A stretch of 64,000 bases of DNA from Octopus sinensis. Its lineage: Eukaryota. The first letter of the stretch is position 1, and every line of letters begins with the position of its first letter. The stretch lies in NCBI RefSeq assembly GCF_006345805.1, contig NC_043023.1, positions 2,232,001-2,296,000 on the forward strand. Direction: 5' to 3'. Below, piece by piece: positions 1-11,445 of the stretch. The notes under the pieces are model-generated. The model was not told the origin of the DNA and made no database searches. It saw only the letters and a list, made by a program, of their open reading frames with translations. The translations under genes and the position numbers were made by a program.

Positions 1-1
1 G

Positions 2-385
2 CAAAAATTTTCTTCGCCAATATGCTGTAAAATAGACCCTAAATCGTGTAACCTCAAAATATTTTCACTATATTATTGCACTATGCATCTAAACAAGGAT
101 ATATTTGGGATACTTAAATATATTTAGGACTTTGTATCTGCTTTTCTGTGCATATGTCTAAGTATTTTGTTTATTTTCATTTTGTGTTCCTCAATGATGA
201 AGGCAAAATCCTTTTGGATTAATCCAGAAATCAGAACTGATTCTGGGATAATTAAAATCTTTATGAATTTCTGTTAGCTTTCTTTTCTCATTTCAACACA
301 TTGTGTAATTATCTAAGTGAAAATATTTTACGTGGTTAGACGATTTTAGCATCTACTTTTCAGCATATTGGCAAAGGAATTTTTG
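2..385. mobile_element. MITE-like element with ~70-bp imperfect terminal inverted repeats
   Basis: 2-70 (caaaaattttcttcgccaatatgctgtaaaatagaccctaaatcg...) is the reverse complement, with mismatches, of 316-385. A similar terminus recurs near 44340-44400. Superfamily not assignable. Confidence 0.5.
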
Positions 386-412
386 TAATTGTATTTATAA
401 TTTTCACCTTAA

Positions 413-630
413 CCCTTTAGTATTTAAACCGGCCATATCCGGCCAAAATATTTAATCTGTTTTATGTTCAAACTAACTAGATCTAGGCTCTCACACCTAT
501 CCTACAATGTTATTCTACATTAAGTAATTACACCATCAAGATCTTGAAGATATGAGATAATGCATGATTAATTCAAATCAATGGGAATCAATAAGCATTA
601 TGTTTGATTGATAATCTGAACACTAAAGGG
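413..630. mobile_element. piggyBac-type MITE (218 bp)
   Basis: TTAA(409-412)|CCCTTTAGT ... ACTAAAGGG|TTAA(631-634): TTAA TSD plus CCC/GGG termini. Confidence 0.8.
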
Positions 631-908
631 TTAAAAGGTATTTTTCATATGCTGGCCATTGATGCAATTTTTTAATAAAATTTTATCCTTATACTAGCAT
701 ACTCCAACACACAAAACACCTTTTCTCTTCCATTGAATGCCATTTCTTTACCTGAAAAGATAAACATATCAAACATCAAACATAAAATTTTGACCTGTTT
801 CTACACATGCTGTTAAGATTTGAAGTCATTTGAACAAGAACTGGCAAAGGTATTAGATTGCGAAATAATCTCAAATTTTTTTAAACACCCTGTCTATACA
901 CACACACA

Positions 909-1069
909 TATTTATATTAAGGGCATTACTATACATAAATGCCTCACGCTAGGAGGGACTCTTAAAGTCAAAACTACTATAATAACCACAGTGTATTGTA
1001 GTAGTTTTGACTTTAAGAGTCCTTCCTAGTGTGAGGCATTTATGTATAGTAATGCCCTTACTATAAATA
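909..1069. repeat. Fold-back palindrome (67-bp core arms, 9-nt spacer)
   Basis: 918-984 versus 994-1060 are inverted with 3 mismatches; pairing extends to 909/1069 past one more mismatch. Confidence 0.9.
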
Positions 1070-1153
1070 AATATATTTAAAGGAATATTAATAAATTTTT
1101 CCCTTATGATGTTTTCCACGCTAACTACTTGATAATTCTTATAAAGATTTTAT

Positions 1154-1194
<41 letters not shown>

Positions 1195-1195
1195 T

Positions 1196-1240
<45 letters not shown>

Positions 1241-1246
1241 CACATA

Positions 1247-1476
1247 CATTAATCCCTCACCATACCGTGGTTCCCCTATCGCAGTTTATCATTTAAGCTT
1301 TTGTCGATTCCTCCATAGTGTTGTTTTGTATTTATAATAAAATAAATATATACAAATGCTAAATATAATTTTAAAAAATACATGGTACAGTACTGTTTCT
1401 ACTTTTTAGATTTTTACCTATCACAGTGGGGGTGGGGGGTTGAAATGCAACACCTCCGATAATCAAGGGATTACTG
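1247..1476. mobile_element. Tigger/pogo-like MITE
   Basis: TA|CATTAATCCCTC ... AAGGGATTACTG: short imperfect TIRs resembling CAGTAATCCC-type pogo/Tigger ends. Confidence 0.5.
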
Positions 1477-1484
1477 AATATACA

Positions 1485-1866
1485 TACACATGTCCCTCAA
1501 AGCACATGTGCCTTTCCCTTATAATGATGGAAGCAGGCAGAACATTTCCTTACAGCTGTTTCTTGGTGAGATGAGTTCTCCAGGATGTGTTTTAGACTGC
1601 TGCTAACATTTAGATGTAGGTTCCTTCTAACTAGGATTCCAGTTTTTTGGCAAGCCTCCAGGCTGTTGTTTTATATAAAAGGACTGATTCTGTAGTTTCC
1701 TGGGAAAAAAATTCCTCTCATGGTAGGATTTCCTGTTTGTTTAGGGTCAACCATGCTTCGGCTGTCCAAGGTTTTACATCCTTTTCAGTTGAGGCTATCT
1801 CAGAACTGAGGTGCATACAATTATCAACTTGACCGATGGGAACTCTGTTGAATGTGAGCAATAAAT
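1485..1866 (-). pseudogene. Decayed RTE-clade LINE reverse-transcriptase fragment
   Basis: Manual translation gives HLSSEIASTEKDVKPWTAEAW...QETTESVLLYKTTAWRLAKKLES*LEGTYI*MLAAV*NTSWRTHLTKKQL*GNVLP..IRERHMCFEGH, matching the RTE RT C-terminal pattern; multiple stops. Confidence 0.7.
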
Positions 1867-1879
1867 TTGGTTTTATCTG

Positions 1880-2032
1880 CATTTCATCTTTCCATACGTT
1901 TTCTGTTGAGGTCTTTACTTTTCATCCTTTTTGGGGTCGATAAAATAAGTATGAGTTGAATGTGGGGGTGGGGGTCAGTGTAATGCCCCCCCCCCCGCGA
2001 AAGTGCTGGCCTTGTGACAAAATTTGAAACTA
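1880..2032 (+). mobile_element. SINE-B fragment
   Basis: TTTTCATCCTTTTTGGGGTCGATAAAATAAGT body plus GGCCTTGTGACAAAATTTGAAAC tail, as in other B copies. Confidence 0.7.
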
Positions 2033-2209
2033 GTATTTAACAGATTTCAAATGAGAAAAGGAGTGCATGGATAATGGACACCAGCGACAGTCACATAGTG
2101 GTGGTGGTCGTGGCGGTGGTTGTGGTGGTAGTGGTGATGATGATGGTGATACTGGTAACAGTGGTAGAGGAACGACTAAGGATGGTGTTTATGAAAATAA
2201 AGATATCAT

Positions 2210-2621
2210 ATGTATAATGTGTGTGTATGTGTGTATATTTCTATATATATATATGTATCTGTGTATGTATGTTTATATATATATATGTATATCTACGTAG
2301 CCATCTCTCTTTTTCTCTCTCTCTCTCTATAATATATATATATATAAATAATAATATAATTACATGTATATATATACATATTCATATATATATATATAAT
2401 ATATATATATATTTAAATATATATATATGTATATATAATTATACATACATGCAACATGCATATGCAAAATCTTTATGAGACATATAATTATGAGATACCA
2501 TGTTTTTATATTACACCTTACACGTGTGTGTGTAGACAGGTAGATAGATTGCTACATAAATATACATGCATATATAAACATGCATGTTCACACAGATACA
2601 TACATACATACACACACACAC

Positions 2622-2663
<42 letters not shown>

Positions 2664-2760
2664 CTCAAACACATGCACATAGACATATATACATGAATGT
2701 TTGTATATATAATTTTAGGTGTGCATCCATTTCTCTATATAGACACATTTACATACACAA

Positions 2761-2809
<49 letters not shown>

Positions 2810-2990
2810 CATATATGTATGTGTATATATACATATTGTATGTGTATATATATTACATATATGTATGTGTATATATATACATATATGTATGTGTATATAT
2901 ATATATATATATGTATGTATATACCAGCTCATGTATAAACACACTTTTACATACACACAGACACACATTTATACATACACATGCAGAGAA
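2210..2990. repeat. Composite (TA)n/(TG)n/(CA)n microsatellite
   Basis: Direct inspection. Similar blocks at 14820-15720, 18680-19210, 32300-32800, 38300-38700, 41330-41900, 42570-43000, 48790-49620. Confidence 0.95.
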
Positions 2991-3443
2991 TAGAAAAGGC
3001 TGTGGTGTAGGGGTTGGTCGGGGTGGGGCTGTGTTTGCGGCGAGCTACATTGAAGGTGTCCCCTACTTCCTGTCAAAATGATGAATTTGGCGGAGAGGAG
3101 TATGAGCCCTTTAATATTTAATAAGGCCCTCAGGAATGTAGTGGGGGGCAGAGGGGGGCTGACAGGTGGTGGAGGGGGAGGCTTCATTGAGCTGCTGGAT
3201 CTGACATAATGGGATGTTCTGGTATTTTGGTGAAAATACACTCACGCATAAACATACATGCACATACATACTCTTGCACATCCATGAATAATCACACACA
3301 CACACATGTATATATAAAGTTATGCATCTATATGCAAAATTATACATACTGTTGCCATATATATTAATATATTATATATATACACACCACACCACACACA
3401 CACATAAGATATGCATCTATGCAAAATTATACATACTGTTGCT

Positions 3444-3498
<55 letters not shown>

Positions 3499-3500
<2 letters not shown>

Positions 3501-4110
3501 GTGAATAAATTGTCATCAAAATTACACAAAAATGAAAATAACACTGACATCTCATTTTAACAGATATATTTACAAAAATTACATAAAAATATCTTGAAAT
3601 GCTAAAAGAGTAAATTTATTCAATAAAATCATCCTGCAACTCTTCTGGATGGTCTCCTTGTTTAAGTTGGTGAATGCTGCCATAATCCTTGCCTTCAGTT
3701 CATCTTTGGCGCTAAAAGGAGTTTTGCCAGTTTCTCGTTCAACTGTGGCCCACACATAATAACAGCCTGGCAAGTTAGATTGCCAGATGTCAGGGGTGAT
3801 GTAGTTACAGAAATTGTCTGACAGCCATGTCTGGGTTCTCCTGCTTGTGTGGCTTGGTGCAGAGTCCTGTTTCTAGACATAGGGTCTTCCAGCAGCTACT
3901 CTCTTGATCCAGGGCACCACTACCTCTTCCAGGCATTTGATGTCGGCCTCTGTGTTTAGTGTGGGGCCATGTGGGAAGATGAATGGAGGTATAACATTGC
4001 TATCACTAGTGATCATTACAAACACCATAATGTTGACTGGATGTTTGAATTTTACCACTCTTAGTACAGTTTTTTTGTGTATTCACCATCTGATCGTGGC
4101 AGAAATTTTT
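3499..4110 (-). pseudogene. Tc1/mariner relic, DD37D (maT)-like transposase C-terminal half with right end
   Basis: Translates ...PWIKRVAAGRPYV*KQDSAPSHTSRRTQTWLSDNFCNYITPDIWQSNLPGCYYVWATVERETGKTP...KETIQKSCR. Has a W>stop, apparent loss of the NPLD motif and a C-terminal deletion; 5' part cut by a SINE-A fragment near 4125. Confidence 0.75.
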
Positions 4111-4239
4111 CTTGTCTGAGGAAAACCAAACCGCTAAGTTACAGGGACATAAACACACCAACATCGGTTGTCAAGCAATGGTGGTTGAGGGGACTAACAC
4201 ACATGCACAAATACATACACACATACATACATACACACA

Positions 4240-4413
4240 CCACAACCATCATCATCATCATTGCAATTACTATCATCATCAACACCACCACCACCACCAT
4301 CATCACCATCATCATCATCATCACCACCACCATCATCATCATCATCATCATTATCACCACCATCATCATCACCACCATCATCATCATCATCTTCAATGTC
4401 ATCACCTGCACCG

Positions 4414-4446
<33 letters not shown>

Positions 4447-4757
4447 ATGTCACCACCAGCACCATCATCATCATCAACACCACCACCACCATCATCACCA
4501 TCATCATCACCATCATCATCATCATCATCATCACCATCATCACCATCATCATCATCATCATCATCACCATCATCACCATCATCATCATCATCATCATCAC
4601 CACCATCACCATCAACATCACCATCATCACCACCATCATCATCATCATCATCACCATCAACATCATCATCACCATCATCATCATCATCATCATCATCAAT
4701 GTCACCACCTGCACCATCATCATCATCAACACCACCGCCACCACAACCACCATCATC
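4240..4757. repeat. (CAT/CAC)n trinucleotide array
   Basis: Direct inspection; source of the poly-His/Ile/Ser/Met ORFs. Similar (GAT/GGT)n blocks at 7725-8310, 42080-42530, 43030-43660, 50020-51100, 51895-52270. Confidence 0.95.
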
Positions 4758-4914
4758 TGAATTCAGAATAAATATAAATAAATTAAGGGAGATATTGAAT
4801 AAATAGCTGAAGAATTTGATTTACTTAAGGGATAACCTGGAAGCAAAAATCCAAATTTCACAAATGCCTCACTGGAAGAGCAAGGATGTCGGATAGCATG
4901 GATGCTGTTGCTGT

Positions 4915-5321
4915 TTATTTGTTTGTTTTGTTTGTTTGTTGAGCGAAGCGGTCTTCATCCCAGAGCTCACAAGATCGTGCCTCTGTAGTGGGAGAAGTCC
5001 GAAACGTGGTCCTTTGCTATTCGTAAGACCCGCAGAAGAGAAAGCAGGTCAACCCCTGACTCTGAGAGCATCGACGGATGGATGAATGCGCATCTAGGCT
5101 CAGCGGTTGTGTAGGAAGTCGGGGACAAGAAACAGGAAGAAAGAGTGAAAGAAAGTTGGAGTGAAAGAATACAACAGGGGTCACCACCACCGCCTGCTGG
5201 AGCCTCGTGGAGCTTTAGGTGTTTTCACTCAATAAACACACACAATTCCCGATCTGGGAATTGAACCTGCGATCCTCTGACCACGAGTTAGATGCCCTAA
5301 CCACTGGGCCATTGCACCTCC
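4915..5321 (-). mobile_element. SINE-D, full length, (CAAA)n tail
   Basis: Minus strand has A box TGGCCCAGTGG and B box GGTTCAATTCC. 12-bp TSD with one mismatch: tgctgttgctgt 4903-4914 / tgccgttgctgt 5322-5333. Confidence 0.85.
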
Positions 5322-5813
5322 TGCCGTTGCTGTAGCCATGATATGCTGTCGAGGTGTAGAGTTCGGGTTCGGAGTTTCAATCTGAATACAAGTTCACATG
5401 TGGCCCCTGCTCACATGCATACACATTTTGGGATAGTAACATCTCATCTTGCTATCGCTTGTCAACTGCCAGAGAGGACCTGCTGACCAGGTCATCACTG
5501 ATTATCTGACCAGAGAGGGCCTGGGTTTGAAGTGGGTGGTACACATGTTAGTTAACCCGTACCTGGGACCCTAAGGGACACTACTACTCTGGGTCAAACT
5601 AGACCTGGGAATAATATGGCTAAGAGATGGTTCCATGCTCCTCAGAGACCATGGAACTTCCATACCAAGGCCTCACTACTGGACACATTTAAAGTCTTAC
5701 CTAGGACAGTCATGGTCAGAAATAAAACTTCACATGTGATCCCCGGTCACTTCGGGATAGTATGATCCATAGGAGTTCGTCTTACTGCCAATTGTTGACC
5801 ATTTTGAAAGTTT

Positions 5814-6206
5814 AGGAGTGGCTGTGTAGTAAGTAGCTTGCTTACAAACCTAATGGTTCCGGGTTCAGTCCCACTTCGTGACACCTTGCGCAAGTATCTT
5901 CTACTATAGTCTCGGGCCGACCTAAGCCTTGTGAGTGGAATTGGTTGACGGAAACTGAAAGAAGCCGATAATATATATGCATATATATATGTGTGTGTGT
6001 GTGTCTGTGTTTTCCCCCCCCCCAACATCGCTTGACAACCGATGCTGGTGTGTTTACGTCCCTGTAACTGGTGTGTTTAGCAGTTCGACAAAAGAAACCG
6101 ATAGAATAAGTACTAGGCTTACAAAGAATAAGTCCCGGAGTCGATTCGCTCGACTAAAGCGTTGCTCCAGCATGGCCGCAGTCAAATGATTGAAACAAGT
6201 AAAAGA
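5814..6206 (+). mobile_element. SINE-A, full length
   Basis: tRNA-like head (GTGGCTGTGTRGT A box, GGTTCAGTCCC B box), CCTTG.GCAAGT CORE-like motif, (TA)n(TG)n linker, body, and LINE-like tail CCAGCATGGCCGCAGTCAAATGAYTGAAACAAGTAAAAGA. Confidence 0.9.
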
Positions 6207-6221
6207 CTCAAGAATGGGAAA

Positions 6222-6362
6222 GAATTTAAAATGAATCAGTTATGATTTTCAACATGTTCCCTTCTCAGATTCATACACTTTTTGGCAGGGATCCTTCAGT
6301 TTTTCTAAGCCCTGTAAAAGAACTTGGAAGGCTGGACCTCCACCCAGGCCTTTTGCAATACT
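6222..6362 (-). pseudogene. mariner transposase C-terminal fragment (duplicated at ~6821-6961)
   Basis: Frameshifted translation FLQGLEKLKDPC/KKCMNLRREHVE resembles the mariner C-terminus; related sequence with a TIR-like end at 10358-10505. Confidence 0.6.
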
Positions 6363-6365
6363 TTT

Positions 6366-6537
6366 AGGCGCAGGAGTGGCTGTGTGGTAAGTAGCTTGCT
6401 TACCAACCACATGGTTCTAGGTTCATTCTCCCATGGGGTACCTTGGGCAAGTGTCTCTACTATAGCCCTCAGGCCGACCAAAGTCTTGTGAGTGGATTTG
6501 GTAGACGAAAACTGAAAGAAGCCCGTCGTATATATAT

Positions 6538-6569
<32 letters not shown>

Positions 6570-6806
6570 GTGTATGTATGTGTGTGTATAGTTTTGTGTG
6601 TCTGTTTTTGACCCCCCCCCCCAACATCGCTTGACAACCGATGCTGGTGTGTTTACGTCCTGTAACTGGTGTGTTTAGCAGTTCGACAAAAGAAACCGAT
6701 AGAATAAGTACTAGGCTTACAAAGAATAAGTCCCGGAGTCGATTCGCTCGACTAAAGCGTTGCTCCAGCATGGCCGCAGTCAAATGATTGAAACAAGTAA
6801 AAGACT
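6366..6806 (+). mobile_element. SINE-A, full length
   Basis: Same modules as 5814-6206. Confidence 0.9.
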
Positions 6807-6962
6807 CAAGAATGGGAAAGAATTTAAAATGAATCAGTTATGATTTTCAACATGTTCCCTTCTCAGATTCATACACTTTTTGCAGGGATCCTTCAGTTTT
6901 TCTAAGCCCTGTAAAAGAACTTGGAAGGCTGGACCTCCAACCAGGCCTTTTGCAATACTTTT

Positions 6963-7127
6963 AGGCGCAGGAGTGGCTGTGTGGTAAGTAGCTTGCTTAC
7001 CAACCACATGGTTCTAGGTTCATTCTCACCATGTGGTACCTTGGGCAAGTGTCTTCTACTATAGCCCTCAGGCCGACCAAAGTCTTGTGAGTGGATTTGG
7101 TAGACGAAAACTGAAAGAAGCCCGTCG

Positions 7128-7166
<39 letters not shown>

Positions 7167-7400
7167 ATGTATGTGTGTGTATATGTTTGTGTGTCTGTTT
7201 TTGTCCCCCCCCCAACATTGCTTGACAACTGATGCTGGTGTGTTTACATCCCCATCACTTAGCGGTTTGGCAAAAAGAGACCAATAGAATAAGTACTAGG
7301 CTTACAAAGAATAAGTCCTGGGGTCGATTTGCTCGACTAAAGGCGGCGCTGCAGCATGGCCGCAGTGAAATGACTGAAACAAATAAAGAATAAAAGAATA
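6963..7400 (+). mobile_element. SINE-A, full length
   Basis: Same modules; tail decays into (TAAAAGAA)n. Confidence 0.9.
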
Positions 7401-8062
7401 AAAGAACCAGGGACTTTATTTGCATTGTATGTTTCAGCCAGATGTGGCCATACTGGAGCACTGCCATTATGCAAGATTGAACTCTGACCACATTAAAATT
7501 CCAATATACATTACACATTTGTATTACTGAAAGAGTCTAAAGAAACCTAGGTGCTGCCTGTCATTCGATGCTGAGGGACCAAAACCAAACTGGGAGACAA
7601 GGGGTTGTCACATTTTGGCACTCATCAATTAGCTTCCATTTTACCATTAAGAAAATCAAATTCTTAAGCTATTTATTCAATGCCTGCCTTAATTTATTCA
7701 CATTTATTCTGAATTAAGAATTGTGGTGATGATAATGATGATGATGGTGGTGGTGGTGGTGGGGTGGTAGCAATGATGATGATGATGATGATGATTGTGA
7801 TGACAATGATGATGATAATGATGATGGTGGTTGTGGTGGTGGTGGTGGCAATGATAATGATGTGTTTGATAGTAATGATGATGATTATGATGATGATGAT
7901 TGTGATGACGATGATGATGATAATGGTGGTGGTGGAAATGGTGTCAGTAGTGGGGGTGTTGATGATGGTGATGACGATGATGATGATGATAGCAATGATG
8001 ATGTTGGTTGGGGTAGTGATGATGATGATGATGATAACGATGAAAATGGAAGCAATGATGAC

Positions 8063-8093
<31 letters not shown>

Positions 8094-8672
8094 GTGGTGA
8101 TGATGAATGTGATGATATGATGGTGATGATGATGGTGATGGTGATGGTGATGATGAGGATGATGGTGATGATGGTGATGATGATGATGACGGTGATGATG
8201 ATGATGACGGTGATGATGATGGTGATGATGGTGATTGTGTTGGTGTTGGCAGCTGGTAATGTCGATGAATATGAATACAAAGATATTGATGATGATGATG
8301 ATGATGACAATGCAGCTTTGGCCAATGAATGCTCGAAGCTTTTGGAAACCTCTGGAAATTTTGGAATTTTTAATTAGACAGAATATTCATGAGGCTACAC
8401 CGAATAACCCCTTACCTTCCCCAAAATGAACAAAATGGTTGTAACAGCGCCATTATATGGAACATTACTCAGTTACATTAAAAGCTTTTGCTATCGTTTT
8501 AACATGAAAATAACGTAACCCAAGAACTCCAATTTGTTTTAATTAATACTGGATAATTGATTAATTAATTAATATGCAGCAAAAGTATAGCTGTGGGGTT
8601 AAGAAGTTTACTTCAAGCTATATGGTTCCAGGTTCAGTCCCACTTTGTAGTGCCTTGGGCAAATGTCTTATG

Positions 8673-8703
<31 letters not shown>

Positions 8704-8799
8704 TAATCAATAAAACATATTAATAAATAAAACATATTAATAAATAAAACACATGCATATATATATACATATATGTACGTACCTACCTCTAGATGTATA

Positions 8800-9060
8800 T
8801 ATACACGCACATATGAGTACAGGACACCAAAAAAACGTCGAACACAATGAGAAACGAAAACATAGACACAAACCCAAGGAACTGGACATTTTTTTAAACA
8901 ACAAAAAAATAGAGTACAGGATAATTAACACAAAGAAAAAAACCCTTCTTCAGTTGCCATGGTTTCATCTACTCTACGTTTCGAAGGATAAAAGCGAGAC
9001 GTATCTTCGACAAGAAACTTTCCTTCCTGCGAAAAGCAAATCAATTAAAATTTGAGATCT
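8800..9060 (-). mobile_element. Probable Penelope-like pseudo-LTR stub
   Basis: Minus strand carries ...CGAAACGTAGAG and CTGAAGAAGGG motifs typical of PLE ends; no clean ribozyme fold. Confidence 0.4.
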
Positions 9061-9169
9061 TTTTGCAGAGGGGTAAAAATGGTAACAAAAACAGGACAGT
9101 AACGACAGTACAAATTATAAACAGTAAAAGACAGGACAAGGAAAAACAAGATAAGAAGGGCTGTTAACC

Positions 9170-9396
9170 GGAGTAAACACATAAATGTGAAACAAGGTGG
9201 AAAAAAGAGTACTCAAATACCAGTGGTAGAGTAATATGCTTTATTTAAAGCAGCAGAAAATTCAACAAAACCTGTTACTCTGAGTTTCCCGTTGCCGTTC
9301 ATCAGACAGTCTTTGCTAGAAAAAACTGTCCGATGAACGGCAACAGGAAACTCAGAGTAACAGGTTTTGTTGAATTTTCTGCTGCTTTAAATAAAG
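9170..9396. mobile_element. Penelope-like inverted pseudo-LTR stub (72-bp fold-back)
   Basis: 9239-9310 versus 9325-9396 are inverted with 2 mismatches and a 14-nt spacer; each arm carries an HHR motif. Confidence 0.75.
9272..9309 (-). ncRNA. Minimal type I hammerhead ribozyme, intact core
   Basis: CTGT-CTGATGA-A-CG(GCAA)CG-G-GAAA-CTC(A)GAG-TA^ACAG: stem I CTGT/ACAG, short stem II with GNRA loop, near-palindromic stem III, GUA cleavage triplet. Confidence 0.75.
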
Positions 9397-10144
9397 TATG
9401 TATATATATATATATATATATATAGGCTTGTCCTCGGGTGATCTCAAATGGATGTGATCTTTTGTTGATTTTCCCTTATACCTATGTGAGTTATTTCTGA
9501 GTATGCATTGTCTGGGAGACTTTTCTTGCAGTAGAAGAAATAGCCAAAATTTTGGCTGTTATTTCTAAAAAGCTCGGTGTGTGGTAAAGTAAATTATTTT
9601 ACTTTACCCTATTTTTATAAAGTAATATTTCAAATATACCGTAAATGGTCGTTTTACATACCGAACACTGCTCGATCAAATTAATTAATAATTAATTAAT
9701 TTTACCCTTTTTTATTGACAATATATATATATATATCCTTCTCTCCCCTCCTCTTCTCCTCTCCTTCCTTCTCCCCCTTCCCCCTCCTCTTCTCCCCTTT
9801 CTTTCTCCCCTCCCCCTCCTATCCCCCTTACCTCCCCCCTTCCCTCATCTCCTCTACACTACACCATACGACTTTACACATTACATCATATATACATACA
9901 CACGTCCAGACCTCTCATACGCACTAATACTCTCTCATACACTCACACACACTCTTCTCATACACACACACACACTCTTATGTTGGAGCGAGGTCATTCA
10001 ACCCTATTATCTCCCCTAATTTCGCTCTTGCGTCTCATGTTTGATCTTTGACTTCTGGCCGAAATCAGATCGCCATGTTGATTCGCTAGCCTCTGCACGC
10101 ATATATTTTTTTCTCTCCTTCTTTCTGTGTTTCTTCTATGTGTA

Positions 10145-10182
10145 TCTTTCTGTTGAAGAGCGTAGGCTCGAAATGTTAAAGA
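10145..10182 (+). ncRNA. Degenerate minimal hammerhead motif in a PLE stub (~10095-10300)
   Basis: TCTTT-CTGTTGA-A-GAGC(GTAG)GCTC-GAAA-TG-TT^AAAGA; core position A6 is T. Confidence 0.55.
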
Positions 10183-10310
10183 CTTGTTTTATTTATATTT
10201 CCTGAGCGCCATACTAATACAATTGTTTGTTTGTATTCCACCTGCCTTCGTCTTTTGTTTATTTCCGTAAACCTGCCTTCGTCTTTTGTCTATTTTCATA
10301 AAGCTTCCCG

Positions 10311-10355
<45 letters not shown>

Positions 10356-10357
10356 AA

Positions 10358-10505
10358 TGTGGGGGTGCTGAAAAATTCCTGGCTTTGGGTAAAAGAAAAT
10401 ACAGGAGGATCAATTAATTATGATTTTATCCACCATATTCCCTTCTCAGATTCACACACTTATTGCAGTGGTCCTTCAGTTTTTCTAAACCCTGCAAAAG
10501 AACTC
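10358..10505 (-). mobile_element. mariner right-end fragment
   Basis: GGGGGTGCTGAAAAATTCCTGGCTTT TIR-like end plus homology to 6222-6362. Confidence 0.55.
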
Positions 10506-10599
10506 AGAACGATAAAGTTTTAAGTATAAATGTACAGATATTTATATTAATTGAGAGAATTAAAGGGGTGGAATAAAGTTGCTATTAGCCCAACAGCTG

Positions 10600-11445
10600 T
10601 TTTTAGGGGCTTGGAGATCCATAATAATACTGGTAGATGGAAACTGAAAGGAGCCCGTCGTATTTGGCTGTGTAGTTATGTAGTTAAGAGGTTTGTGTCC
10701 CGACCACATGGTTCTGGGTTCAGTTCCACCCCGTGGCATCTTGGGCAAGTGTCATCTACTAGAGTCCCAGGGTGACGAAAACCTTGTCAGTGGAGTTGGT
10801 AGAAGGAAACTGGAAGAAACCCTTCATGTCTGGTTATGTGGTTAAGAAGTTTGTTTCCTGACCATCTAGTTTCAGGTTCAATCCCACTGTGTGGCACATT
10901 GGGCAAATGTCTTCTTCTACAGCCTTAGACTAACCCAGGACTTGTGAAGTGGATTTTGGCTGATGGAAACTTAAAGAAGCCCATTGTATTTGACTCCTTG
11001 ATTAAAAGGCTTGCTTCCCAACTGTGTAGATTTGGTTTCCGCCCACCTTGAGCAAGCGTCTTCTATTATAACCCAAAGTCAACTAATGCCTTGTGGATAT
11101 GGTAGACGGAAACTGAAAGAAGCCCAGCATATATGAGTGTGTGGTTAAGAGGCTTGTTTTCTGACCATGTGGTTTCACTTTCAATTCCATAGTATGGCAC
11201 CTTGGGCAAGTGTCTCCTACTATAGCCCCAGGTCAGCCAAGGACTTGTGAAGTGGATTTTGGTTGATGGAAACTGAAGAAAGCCCATCATATTTACAGTT
11301 ATGTGGTTAAGAAGCTTCCTTCCCAACCATGTGGTTCCTGGTTCAATCACACAGCATTGTACCTGGCGCAAGTGTTTTCTACTATAACCTCAGGTTGATG
11401 AAAACTTTGTGAGTGATTTTGGTAGGTGGAAACTAAAATAAGCCT
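10600..11445 (+). repeat. Head-to-tail array of about six SINE-A head monomers
   Basis: GGAAACTGAAAGAAGCCC-like ends recur near 10655, 10820, 10980, 11120, 11285 and 11445, separated by diverged head sequence. Confidence 0.8.

Noticed and set aside
4077-4806. 200+ aa poly-His/Ile/Ser/Met ORFs (also ORFs at 7764-8377, 41991-43745, 50020-51218 and all YI/CV-rich ORFs)
   Set aside because: They are translations of tri- and dinucleotide microsatellites, open in several frames on both strands, with no splice or domain evidence.
8411-8480. Minus-strand donor GAAG|GTAAGG as an exon end
   Set aside because: No convincing acceptor, and the open frame is under 20 codons.
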